Position numbers and translations under genes: made by a program. The notes under the pieces are model-generated. The model searched no databases, had not been told where the DNA came from, and was given only the letters and a program-made list of their open reading frames with translations. A DNA stretch of 64,000 nucleotides from a virus. Taxonomy: Duplodnaviria; Caudoviricetes. The stretch is from IMG/VR virus record IMGVR_UViG_3300028591_000075, positions 64,001 to 128,000 of that record. The stretch is one strand, 5' to 3'. Shown one piece after another: positions 10,702 to 19,745 of this stretch. Each line of letters starts with the position of its first letter. Position 1 is the stretch's first letter.

Positions 10702-12084
10702 TTAGGCAATCACACCACTGAACTTCTTTGCTGCGAAGTTCAGGAGTTTCACCGTATTCGGGCCGGACTTCAACATATCATCAACAGTTTCAAAGGACCG
10801 TTGATATCTGGTTTCACCACCACCCCTCGATACGTTGTATTCGATATTGAAGAACGGCGAATAGCCCTCGCCACTGAGAATTTCAATCTTGATATGACGG
10901 GTGCCAACCGAATGAGACATAGAGAACAGGTTGCCTTTAAGCAATATGTCCCAAACATCCGACGGTAAGGTGAGTATCCGTTTGACCATATTTCCCGGAA
11001 GGTCGGTGTGACGCGAGAACAACTTGGTATATGCCTCGGCATTCGGCTGCATCTTGGGCGGGGCGCCGACCGGACAGTTGACACGCTTAACACGGTTGAT
11101 ATCGGCTTCGACAATTTCCTTCGTCAGCGGGATTCCGTCATCCAGTGTACTGCCGTTTTCAGCCATGTCGATAACCGTGCAATCCATTCGCGGTTCACTG
11201 GTGTACAAGAGAGTCGGACAGTTGCGCGGCTTTTCGGTATCGTAAACGCGGCGGACATATTCCTTCACGGCCTGCACGGTCGCTTCGGAGTATTCCGGGA
11301 TGAACTGGGAAATGACCGAAATGTCTTCACTGGTCAGTGTTCCGGCATTGAGCCTGTTTTCCCTTACCATACGGGCGATGATTACATGCGCAGCCTCAAC
11401 CACACCACGGTTCTCATCGTTCTTTTCCAGGTTCCGTTTGAGTGCATCGAGTGCGAACGTCTCGTTGATTTGCATCAGGGTGACACCATCCAGCGACTGG
11501 ACACCGAGACGCTGCAGGAACTTCGGGTACTTCGGCATACCGAGAACCTTGTAGTCACGGCCATCAGCCTGGATCGGCGTACGGACCTTGTACCAAATCA
11601 TTGTGGTATATTCATGCAGGGCGGAATCGTTTGCATGGATGAGCTCATCGTCGCCAAACGTGAAATCATCGAATTCCGGCAACACCTGTTTCAGTGCTTC
11701 CTCATAGGTAGGCCACGATGCGTAGTCGTAGGTTCGCCAGGAAGGTACGGGATTCGCGGCAGGTTTTTCACCGGGAGGAATGGGAGCATTTCCCGGCTGG
11801 CAATACGGGGGCGCCGGCTTCTGTGCAAATGCCTGGGCGAAAGGGTTCATCGTAAACTCGCCATTGTTTCCGGGCATCATCTGCGGCTGCATGTCCGGCT
11901 GGGACATGTTGACCCCAATCCGTTCCTTCATGTCGGCTTCCGCCTTGCGGAGTTCATCGACGGACGGGGCCTCATCCTTCTCGGTTTCAGGAACATCCAT
12001 CTCCCGCATGTCGGGAGATTCGTTTGGTTCGGAATTGTCGAGAACATCGACGGGTTCGGACTTTGACTTGATTTCTTTCTTCAT
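10702..12084 (-). CDS. Hypothetical protein, 460 aa
   Basis: GGAGG SD; TAGTTT motif at 12108-12103; phage-like codon usage. Confidence 0.85.
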   Translation of the reverse strand: MKKEIKSKSEPVDVLDNSEPNESPDMREMDVPETEKDEAPSVDELRKAEADMKERIGVNMSQPDMQPQMMPGNNGEFTMNPFAQAFAQKPAPPYCQPGNAPIPPGEKPAANPVPSWRTYDYASWPTYEEALKQVLPEFDDFTFGDDELIHANDSALHEYTTMIWYKVRTPIQADGRDYKVLGMPKYPKFLQRLGVQSLDGVTLMQINETFALDALKRNLEKNDENRGVVEAAHVIIARMVRENRLNAGTLTSEDISVISQFIPEYSEATVQAVKEYVRRVYDTEKPRNCPTLLYTSEPRMDCTVIDMAENGSTLDDGIPLTKEIVEADINRVKRVNCPVGAPPKMQPNAEAYTKLFSRHTDLPGNMVKRILTLPSDVWDILLKGNLFSMSHSVGTRHIKIEILSGEGYSPFFNIEYNVSRGGGETRYQRSFETVDDMLKSGPNTVKLLNFAAKKFSGVIA

Positions 12085-12110
12085 GGGTTTCCTCCATGAA
12101 GAAAACTACA

Positions 12111-13097
12111 TTATTCATTCTCTTCCGGATTGAAGATCGGATCATTTACCGCGTCTTCGAGACCATACATCAGGTTGTCATTATTGCTCTTCACATTCAG
12201 CCCAGGCATTTCAGGCAGTTCACCATTTTCCTCGGGCTTCTCGTCATTCTCCTCGGGAACGGGATTTGCATCGGGCGACGGTTCGGTAGGAACTTCCTCA
12301 CCATGTTCAATCACGCCCGCGAGCGCATCGAGCGACTCCTGGGCTTCCGGTATCTTGATTGGGTTCAATCCTTCCATCTTCGGCAACGCATCCTTGTCGC
12401 TGATGACAGTCTTACCCTCTTCCGGTATGACCTCGGGACGTTCACCCTTCGGCGCTTCCGCCTGTTTCGGGAACATTTCAGGCGTCTCGCCCTTCTGTTC
12501 TTCCGGCTTCTTCTTTTTCGCCGAGAGTGGACCGAGGTCCACCTTCTCCTGTTCAGGCTTCGGGAACCTGGCGGTCCTGGCATCCTTCATGATTGGTCCG
12601 GCATTGGAAAGCATACCCTTGAGCGCGGCAGCGAGATGCTTGCATATCGTATGCTCGCGTTCCGGATCGCGAACGTCAGGCGGGATGTCGGAACCGGCAT
12701 CACCATGCCCTTCCTCGAAACCGTCATGCAGGTGCGACATGTTGTATGCCGCGCCGGAATAACGGAAATCCTTGCAGGGGCAGAAGCACCTGACATCGGC
12801 TTCCTTCAATGCGTTCACCCTGGACCGGAGGTCGCGGACGTTGTTGGCTACAGCGAACAGCGACATGCCCTTCGGCTTGATGGACACGTAGCACTCGTAC
12901 ACGGTACCGGGGTTCGACTGGGACGGGATGTGCCACTTGATGACTGCATCACCGGAAAGGTTCTTCTCTATCCCGACATAGTGATATTGCAGTTTCTTGG
13001 CACGCTCGACACGACCGGAATCCAGCGGAGCCGTGAATTCCTGCATCGTGCCTTCAAGGAAGGTACGCAGCCTTTTCTGCAACATCGACTTTAACAT
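12111..13097 (-). CDS. SWIM-type zinc-finger protein with acidic disordered tail
   Basis: CxCxDF...CKH motif (RCFCPCKDFRY...TICKHL). Confidence 0.75.
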   Translation of the reverse strand: MLKSMLQKRLRTFLEGTMQEFTAPLDSGRVERAKKLQYHYVGIEKNLSGDAVIKWHIPSQSNPGTVYECYVSIKPKGMSLFAVANNVRDLRSRVNALKEADVRCFCPCKDFRYSGAAYNMSHLHDGFEEGHGDAGSDIPPDVRDPEREHTICKHLAAALKGMLSNAGPIMKDARTARFPKPEQEKVDLGPLSAKKKKPEEQKGETPEMFPKQAEAPKGERPEVIPEEGKTVISDKDALPKMEGLNPIKIPEAQESLDALAGVIEHGEEVPTEPSPDANPVPEENDEKPEENGELPEMPGLNVKSNNDNLMYGLEDAVNDPIFNPEENE

Positions 13098-15079
13098 TAA
13101 CCCACCTTGAAGAGAGCTTCGGCAGTTTTCGCCTTCATAATCATGCCGGCCTTGTGACCCTCGACCATCATGGTAATCATCTGGTATCCGTTGGCCGCAT
13201 CCTCATCGGACCAGTGGTCAATTTCCTTCGGCTCGCTCTTCGGTTTCAACAGGTAGAACGGCGGATGGCCATTCTCCTTGATGTACATGGCGAGCTCACC
13301 CATTGCCTTGGTAATGCCATCGGCTTCCTTGGCTTCGAGTTCCTTCTTGGCACCGCGACCGAGAAGAGGAATCTTGCTCAGGAGCTTCTTGCCGGCAGCG
13401 GCAGCGGCATCGCCGAGACCCTTGCTTGCATTGTCGCTCTTGGCATTCACTTCGGCCATGGCCTTTGCATAACTCTTAAAGGACGCCTTGGGATCGACCA
13501 CGCTGTAGAACGCGGTAAGATGGGACATCGGAACTGGCACGGACTTGTTCAGGTCAACGAGCGTACCGCCGCTGACTCCGAGCGGGATGACGGTGACATT
13601 TTCGTTGCTGTCACCGGACTTGCCGTCGATTTCCTTGTACATGACGACGAGATTGTTTCTACGGCACGGAGTACCCTTGTTTCCGGCAATGCTCTTCAAC
13701 ACATCGACCGGGTTCTTGAGGGCATTCGAGATATCGGTAATCGCGCCTTCAACAAGCACATTGCCATCAGTGTTGACACCTTCGGTGCGAGTATCAATCC
13801 TGGCCTTCTTGTCTGTCGTGGCATCCTTCTTCCCACCGCCAAGACCGAGGGTACCCATCATGCCGATACCGAGTGCCTTTGCGACATCCGGATCAGCCTT
13901 GAGCTGCTTCTTGAATTCCTTGTATGCACGCTTCTGTGCCTTTGGTTCCTGGGCACGGAGCATTTCACGTACAAGCGTGGAGGTAAGGTTAATCATCGGG
14001 AAACCGAATGCCGTAATGAGCGCATTTTCCCATTCGCTATCGTCGATTTCCACATTGAACGCATCGGGTACTTCCACCTGCCCAACAATCTGGGAAAGCG
14101 CCTTGGAGATTTCGGTCTTCTGGGAAAGCGATGCCGTATTCTCACCCTTGTCGTTGAGCTTGCCGGCCTCTTTGAGTTCTTCATAAAGTTCCGGATTCAC
14201 GCGCTGGACGATGGTGAACACGATTTTCGAGATGCTCATCGGGTTCTTGGCCAGCTTGGCGTATATTTCGGAACCTTCGTCACCGGCCTTTTTCGCCTCG
14301 CCATCGATAAAGGCGGTAACCTTCTTCTCGATAGCCTTCTTCATCCCATCGTCAAGGCCGAGGGAATCAATCTTTTCAATGATGCTATGGTAAACTTCCT
14401 GTTTGTCGGGACTGGAACTTGCGCCCTGCTTTCCCGGAGCGGGCTTTGCGCCCTGATTTGCCTGAGCTGCGGTACCACCCAATGAAGTCAGCGGCGCATT
14501 GGAATGCCAGCCCTGTCCATTGATCTTGGCTTTCAACTCCTGTCCAATGGTTGGTTTGCCCATAAGTTCAAAAGTTGCGCCCTGTGCGGAAGCAAGTGAT
14601 TTGGAACCCTCCGTCTTCACAATCTTTCCATTGGAAACATAGATCTTCTTGTCATCACCGTAGCAATATATTGCGGTATTCTTCTCGCCAGGTTCACTGG
14701 CAACCACTTCGTTGGGTTTGCCGGAGGCAACTTTTGGATTTCTCTTTCTTGTCTGGTTTACATTGGCAGGTTGTTGGCCATTACCCGGTTCACCACCTTG
14801 GGCAGCAGGAGCAGCAGGGTCAGCCTTCGGCTTTCTAGCCCTAGGCTTCCCGGCGGGTTTCGGTGCACCCGCCTGGGCCTGCCCATCATTTTCCCCGCTT
14901 TCCATCACCGGAGCCATGATGTCATATTCCACCAGGGTATCGGCGAGCATCTTCGCTGCCGAGTTGTCACTTTCGAACATGACCTTGGAACCTTCGATAT
15001 CGGCACCAGTGTCCTCCATCGTAGAAATGAACGGGTCGAACGCGCCATTGTCCTTGATATCGTATTTTAAGAAATCCAT
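13097..15079 (-). CDS. Hypothetical protein (~660 aa), paralog of 6132-8627
   Basis: Likely start MDFLKYD at 15079, downstream of TATAAACT (15116-15109); shared C-terminal domain. Confidence 0.8.
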   Translation of the reverse strand: MDFLKYDIKDNGAFDPFISTMEDTGADIEGSKVMFESDNSAAKMLADTLVEYDIMAPVMESGENDGQAQAGAPKPAGKPRARKPKADPAAPAAQGGEPGNGQQPANVNQTRKRNPKVASGKPNEVVASEPGEKNTAIYCYGDDKKIYVSNGKIVKTEGSKSLASAQGATFELMGKPTIGQELKAKINGQGWHSNAPLTSLGGTAAQANQGAKPAPGKQGASSSPDKQEVYHSIIEKIDSLGLDDGMKKAIEKKVTAFIDGEAKKAGDEGSEIYAKLAKNPMSISKIVFTIVQRVNPELYEELKEAGKLNDKGENTASLSQKTEISKALSQIVGQVEVPDAFNVEIDDSEWENALITAFGFPMINLTSTLVREMLRAQEPKAQKRAYKEFKKQLKADPDVAKALGIGMMGTLGLGGGKKDATTDKKARIDTRTEGVNTDGNVLVEGAITDISNALKNPVDVLKSIAGNKGTPCRRNNLVVMYKEIDGKSGDSNENVTVIPLGVSGGTLVDLNKSVPVPMSHLTAFYSVVDPKASFKSYAKAMAEVNAKSDNASKGLGDAAAAAGKKLLSKIPLLGRGAKKELEAKEADGITKAMGELAMYIKENGHPPFYLLKPKSEPKEIDHWSDEDAANGYQMITMMVEGHKAGMIMKAKTAEALFKVG

Positions 15080-15129
15080 TGGAAAATCCCCGGAAAACCT
15101 TTTTCCGGAGTTTATAGGAAAACCGCGTC

Positions 15130-16686
15130 TCACGAAACCGCGTTAGCGTATTCGTCGGCTATCCTGCGGTCGGCCTCATCACCCCATCCGCAATAGTACC
15201 CGACCTCGTAGAACGATGCCATCTCGGCATCGACCATGGCGTCATCGGGTTCAAGTATCGCCCTCTCCTCGACTGTCGTAGTCGGGATGCCGAACCGGTC
15301 GAGTTCCCGGTCAAGGATGGCCTTGGCGGCATCGCCGAACTCGCGGGGAACGATGACCTCGTCATGCACAGTGCAGTAAGGGCACCCTATCTCGGCCTTG
15401 ATTGCCGGGATGACCACGTCGAACACGAAGGAACTCTCCATCCTCTGCATCTCGTATGCGAGTGCGCGGTAGTTCGACACCTTCATGCTGTCGATGAGGA
15501 TGAGCAGTTTCGGCCAATGTTCCTCCCACACCCTGCGACATGCATGCCAAGCCGGGTCGCACCCGTCATCGAGCCGGACACCGGCGAACAGCGTGGCCAG
15601 GAAGGCCTTCTTCGCCCTCTCGCGATCAACCACCTCATCCAGGTCAAAATCCTGTGACATCTCGGAAGCGAAGAACTCGTAAAGTTCGCGCCGTTCCAGC
15701 TTCCCGCGAAAATCGGCAAACTCCCGGTTCAACTGTTCCCGGCCAATCCAGTCCGGTGCGCCGGGATCCATCACGATGAACGATTCCCCGTTGCGCCCGA
15801 GCATGGCCTTGTCGCCACGGAGGCACGCGCCGATGATGTAGCACAGGAACGCGCCCTGGCTGCTCTTGATGTCAACCTCGGCAACCGGTCCGCCGTCACA
15901 TGTCAGGGCGCCCTCCCTGACCTCGCGCTTTACCTGGGTAATGTTGGTGTGTACGCGCCCGTAGTCGTCGCGCACGACATACAGAGAAGTGTCACTCTCC
16001 TCCGCATCGTTGAACCGGTCAACCTTCCTCAACTCACGGTCCAACTTGCGCCCCTCAATCCCGGCAGTCACCAGGGCGCGACGGGCCTTGGCCCGGTCGA
16101 TGTGGAAGTGTTTCAGGTTCTCGTGCGCATCGCGGACAACCGGGTCCATGAGCTGGATGCGCTTGCGGTCCTCGGCACATTTCTGCAGCCTTTTCAGGAG
16201 AATTTTCGACCGTAGTTTCACGGCCATCATGCGTCCCGCGTGGAAGTCGCCCTTGCCATAGAGGTGCGCGACATCCCTCGCGTAGCAGTATTCCTTCAAC
16301 ATCCACCCGTAGCCCTCGCCGAACCACACGGCCTTGCTCATGCCGGGTGTGCTCCCGGTAGCCTTGCAGTAGGAGGAACCGCGCATGAGGACACCCCAGT
16401 TCTTCAAGTTCTCGAACACCTCGATGTACTTGTGGCCCATCGCGGTATCCATGATTTTCGAGTAGAGGCGACAGAACCATTCGCGGCACTTCGGGGGCTT
16501 CCTGGTGGCCAGGTACTCCCTGCGGTAGGACTCGACGAGCCCCTTCGTTACCCAGTGGATGATTAGCCAGTAGTAGTCGTGGTCCCTCTCGGGGACATTG
16601 TGCTCTTTCAGCAGTGCGCGAATGGGTTTCCTGAACTTGTCCAGGACCCGTATCTCGTATTCAAACTTTGTCCGCGTTTCCGGCAT
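15130..16686 (-). CDS. Family-A polymerase-fold protein (TV-Pol/T7-like palm, no exonuclease domains) with N-terminal winged helix; candidate primase/initiator
   Basis: YGRVHTNIT, motif A EVDIKSSQ, motif B RERAKKAFLATLF, MQRMES, motif C TVHDEVIV; only 518 aa. Confidence 0.78.
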   Translation of the reverse strand: MPETRTKFEYEIRVLDKFRKPIRALLKEHNVPERDHDYYWLIIHWVTKGLVESYRREYLATRKPPKCREWFCRLYSKIMDTAMGHKYIEVFENLKNWGVLMRGSSYCKATGSTPGMSKAVWFGEGYGWMLKEYCYARDVAHLYGKGDFHAGRMMAVKLRSKILLKRLQKCAEDRKRIQLMDPVVRDAHENLKHFHIDRAKARRALVTAGIEGRKLDRELRKVDRFNDAEESDTSLYVVRDDYGRVHTNITQVKREVREGALTCDGGPVAEVDIKSSQGAFLCYIIGACLRGDKAMLGRNGESFIVMDPGAPDWIGREQLNREFADFRGKLERRELYEFFASEMSQDFDLDEVVDRERAKKAFLATLFAGVRLDDGCDPAWHACRRVWEEHWPKLLILIDSMKVSNYRALAYEMQRMESSFVFDVVIPAIKAEIGCPYCTVHDEVIVPREFGDAAKAILDRELDRFGIPTTTVEERAILEPDDAMVDAEMASFYEVGYYCGWGDEADRRIADEYANAVS

Positions 16687-16707
16687 GGCACCACAACTGA
16701 ACAGGAA

Positions 16708-16799
16708 GTGCCCCTGTGCCTCCCTCTTTTAATTTCGCTGGACGGGAGACAGCAGGGGCACCAAAATGAAAAACTCATCTTTCGGACGGGTCCAGCGAA
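16708..16799 (-). ncRNA. Structured 5' leader (H-type pseudoknot) of the PolA-like gene
   Basis: 17-bp stem 16708-16724/16744-16761 (one bulge, one G-U on the minus strand); loop 16734-16743 is perfectly complementary to 16790-16799. Confidence 0.6.
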
Positions 16800-16838
16800 G
16801 ACCGTTCCATTGCCCGCAGCTTATACATCGGCATAGAA

Positions 16839-16844
16839 AAACTA
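16839..16844 (-). promoter_or_regulatory. TAGTTT -10-type motif for the PolA-like gene
   Basis: Same motif precedes 8642, 9955, 12084(-), 22492, 40428, 52720 and 62669. Confidence 0.5.
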
Positions 16845-16918
16845 TCCCAACTACGGTTTCAACGGCAAAAAGTTACGAAACGCTTGCAACTTCAGCAAGG
16901 GGTCAGGCCCTGTACATA

Positions 16919-17237
16919 TGTAAAAAATTGTTTAAGTTTACATAATACTGGAGGCACAGCGACTCCCGGAGGGAGGGTTTTCTGTGGCTGCCGCCAAGGC
17001 TACTCCCCTTCCATAAAGATGTTTACGAAACAGCAGGGTGGCCAATATGGCCCAAAATGGGCAATTCGGGGAAGGCCGGAAGGGCCATCACGCCACCGGG
17101 CGTGTAAACTTTTCTAAACTGCTTGTACAGAGGTACCTGGACTCCCGAGGGGAGGGGAGGGGTTGAGTTTCGCCTGCGTCAAAGCAACCTACACATCCAT
17201 AAAGATGTTTACGATTTTAGGATGGGAAAATAGGCCC
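16919..17237. repeat. Two degenerate ~135-bp direct repeats (period ~185 bp), candidate origin/iterons
   Basis: Identical 19-mer TCCATAAAGATGTTTACGA at 17010 and 17196; GACTCCCG plus G-tract at 16961 and 17140. Confidence 0.8.
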
Positions 17238-17242
17238 CGTTG

Positions 17243-17271
17243 TTGACATTGTCTCCCGAATTTGCTACATT
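17243..17271 (+). promoter_or_regulatory. Sigma70-like promoter TTGACA-17-TACATT (leaderless)
   Basis: Consensus -35, 17-bp spacer, ATG 6 nt after the -10. Confidence 0.75.
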
Positions 17272-17277
17272 TTGGGC

Positions 17278-17745
17278 ATGAGCGAAGGAAATATCAGCAT
17301 AAGCGCACCCGAGAAGAAGTTCCGGGTGGGTATATTCTCGCCTACCGAGTGGCATGCCGGCATGACGAAGCCGTCCATGGTTATCGAGCTGTACCCGGTG
17401 TTCCATAGGTCATCGGTGACTTTCGTCCCGACAGTCGTCGGCGAGGAGCCTGACGTTATGGACGGATGGGAATCCGGGTACATCGCCGGCAAGGTGGTTG
17501 CCGCGGTCAAGGCCGAACTCGAAGCCGAAGGCGAACTGTCGAACGAAGCGCGTATTCACGACAAGACCTGGATCCTGTCGGCATCCGAAGGCTATGTGCG
17601 TCCCGGGGCTGACTACCGTGTACTCGTATGGTTCGTATCCGAAAGGCCGGGCGAGATTTCCGCCCTGTGGGTAGCATCCGCCGACTCGGTAAAACGTGAA
17701 ACCGCTGCGGTCGATGAACCGAAGGGGCACAGGTACAAGGTATAG
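17278..17745 (+). CDS. Hypothetical protein
   Basis: ORF starting MSEGN, co-oriented with uvsW. Confidence 0.7.
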   Translation: MSEGNISISAPEKKFRVGIFSPTEWHAGMTKPSMVIELYPVFHRSSVTFVPTVVGEEPDVMDGWESGYIAGKVVAAVKAELEAEGELSNEARIHDKTWILSASEGYVRPGADYRVLVWFVSERPGEISALWVASADSVKRETAAVDEPKGHRYKV

Positions 17746-17748
17746 CCG

Positions 17749-19638
17749 ATGGCTGAATCCGAAAAGAAATATGAATTTGTTGTCGAGTTCTCGGTGGGCG
17801 ATTCGTCGCACACCGCCGTTCGCGCATATCCGGTAAACCCGAATTCCAACGCGAAGAAGCTCGTCCACATGTTCATGCAGTCCGCCTTTACCTACTACAA
17901 CAAGGCGAAGAAGTATTCCTGGGAAGCGAAGCATCACATCCGCGGGTTCGACTGCAACGAGTATTTTTACGACAAGAATAAGGGGTGGATTCCGACGGGC
18001 ATGATCCCGAGGGCGCGTGACTACCTGAAAATGCAGTATGGCGACAGGGTGGCCATCACGATTTCTAAGGAAATCCGCAACATGTTCTCCCCGCCTTTCG
18101 GGCAGATTACGCGAGAAGACATCGAGGAGTTTACCAAGACACTCAATATCCACGACCGGGAAACCGGGAAGCCGCTGATCCCGTTCGAGCATCAGTACCG
18201 TCTGGTCGAGATTGCGCTCAACAGGCGCCGTGGCCTCCTGTTTGCATGTACCTCCGCCGGCAAGTCGGTGTCGATGATGATAATCGCCCGCTACCTGATG
18301 GAGAAGGAACACAAGAAGATCCTCATCATTGTGCCGAGCAAGGGCCTGGTCGAACAGCTTTACGACAACTTCTACACCGACTACGGGTGGGACGATGCGC
18401 GTGAATACTGTACCCTGCTGCATGGCGAGTCCTCTGACAAGATTTCCAAGAAGAAACTGGAAGAGTTGCAGAAGAAGTCAATCGGTGAAGAGAAGCTGTT
18501 GAAGCAGATTACCATCTCCACCTGGCAGACGCTCCAGCACAAGCACCCCGGTTTCTTCAAGGTGTTCGATGCCGTCCTGGTGGACGAGGCGCACGGCATG
18601 CGCGGTGTCGTCCTGCGCAGCATCCTCGAACAGTGTACCAACGCAAACAATTTCAAGGTCGGTGTCTCCGGCACGCTTCCCCTTGTCAAGCCCACCAAGG
18701 AGAACCGTGGACAGCACGGCGAAATCGGTATCAGCCTGGCACCCAGGGACGTTACCGACAGTGCCGAGTTCATCGACGCATGCAATATCGAATCGCAGCT
18801 CGGTCCGATTTATGACGTTGTACACCTTCGCGACCTTATCGCGAACGGTACGTTGACCCCGGTGCAGATGCACATGATTTACATCCCGTATCCCTACAAT
18901 ACGCGCTACGGCATATGTTATGCCAAGTACCAGATGGAACGGGCGATCGTCCTCGGGAACAGTTCCCGCAAGGACGTGATTTCCATGCTTATCGACGCCG
19001 GTCACCTTGGCACCGACCAGAATTCGGTCATTCTCTATGACGGCATCGAGCGTCTGCACGACCTGCATGATTTCTTGCAGGGGAAATATCCGCAGTACAC
19101 CTACCACATCATCGAGGGTGAAGTCAGCGCGTCCGAGCGCGAATCTATCCGAAAGCTGCTGGAAGGCAGTACCGGTAATATCCTCATCGCCACTTACGGT
19201 TGCATGAAGCAGGGCGTGAACATCAAGCAGCTCAACAACCTGGTCCTTGCCGAGCCGGCCAAGTCCATGTACAAGGTGATGCAGTCCATCGGGCGCGTGG
19301 TGCGAAAGCACCCGAACAAGCAGGTCGCCAACGTGTACGACCTCGTGGATGACGCAAATTGCTGGAAGCGTAAGCTGGACGGGACATCGGAGCAGATGTT
19401 CAACTACATGATGATACACGCCCGTTACCGCATGACGTACTATGATGCGGAGAACATCCCCATCGAGGAGCAGCACATGGACGGCATATACGAGGCGCAG
19501 CTTACCCCCGATGACATCAAGAAGCACCGCAAGGAAGCTGCCGACCGTGCCGCCGAGCGACTGCAAAAGCAGAAGCAGAAGAATGGTGGACAGATAGAGA
19601 TGGATTTGCCATACAAGAAGAAATTCTCGCTGATTTAG
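17749..19638 (+). CDS. uvsW: UvsW-like SF2 DNA helicase
   Basis: TSAGKS Walker A, DEAH, SGT, QSIGRVVR, VYDLVDD motifs; T4 UvsW layout. Confidence 0.92.
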   Translation: MAESEKKYEFVVEFSVGDSSHTAVRAYPVNPNSNAKKLVHMFMQSAFTYYNKAKKYSWEAKHHIRGFDCNEYFYDKNKGWIPTGMIPRARDYLKMQYGDRVAITISKEIRNMFSPPFGQITREDIEEFTKTLNIHDRETGKPLIPFEHQYRLVEIALNRRRGLLFACTSAGKSVSMMIIARYLMEKEHKKILIIVPSKGLVEQLYDNFYTDYGWDDAREYCTLLHGESSDKISKKKLEELQKKSIGEEKLLKQITISTWQTLQHKHPGFFKVFDAVLVDEAHGMRGVVLRSILEQCTNANNFKVGVSGTLPLVKPTKENRGQHGEIGISLAPRDVTDSAEFIDACNIESQLGPIYDVVHLRDLIANGTLTPVQMHMIYIPYPYNTRYGICYAKYQMERAIVLGNSSRKDVISMLIDAGHLGTDQNSVILYDGIERLHDLHDFLQGKYPQYTYHIIEGEVSASERESIRKLLEGSTGNILIATYGCMKQGVNIKQLNNLVLAEPAKSMYKVMQSIGRVVRKHPNKQVANVYDLVDDANCWKRKLDGTSEQMFNYMMIHARYRMTYYDAENIPIEEQHMDGIYEAQLTPDDIKKHRKEAADRAAERLQKQKQKNGGQIEMDLPYKKKFSLI

Positions 19639-19645
19639 ATAATTT

Positions 19646-19745
19646 TGTTGATATATTGTTGATAAGTTGTGAATAAGTTGTTGGGATTGTTGATAGATTG
19701 TCAAAAAATGGAAAAATTTGACAAGTGTTGGCAAATTTTGCCAAC
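19646..19745. promoter_or_regulatory. Phased array of DnaA-box-like 9-mers plus inverted repeats
   Basis: TGTTGATAT 19646, TGTTGATAA 19657, TGTGAATAA 19668 (=TTATTCACA), TGTTGGGAT 19679, TGTTGATAG 19688; palindrome GTTGGCAAA-T-TTTGCCAAC at 19727-19745. Confidence 0.6.

Noticed and set aside
16579-17117. Short ORFs in the intergenic region (16579-16836, 16884-17117)
   Set aside because: No SD, atypical codons, and they overlap structured or repeated DNA.
16919-17237. Repeat pair as a mini-CRISPR or retron msr-msd
   Set aside because: Spacing of ~185 bp is too long for CRISPR; the neighbouring enzyme has PolA motifs, not the RT YxDD motif.
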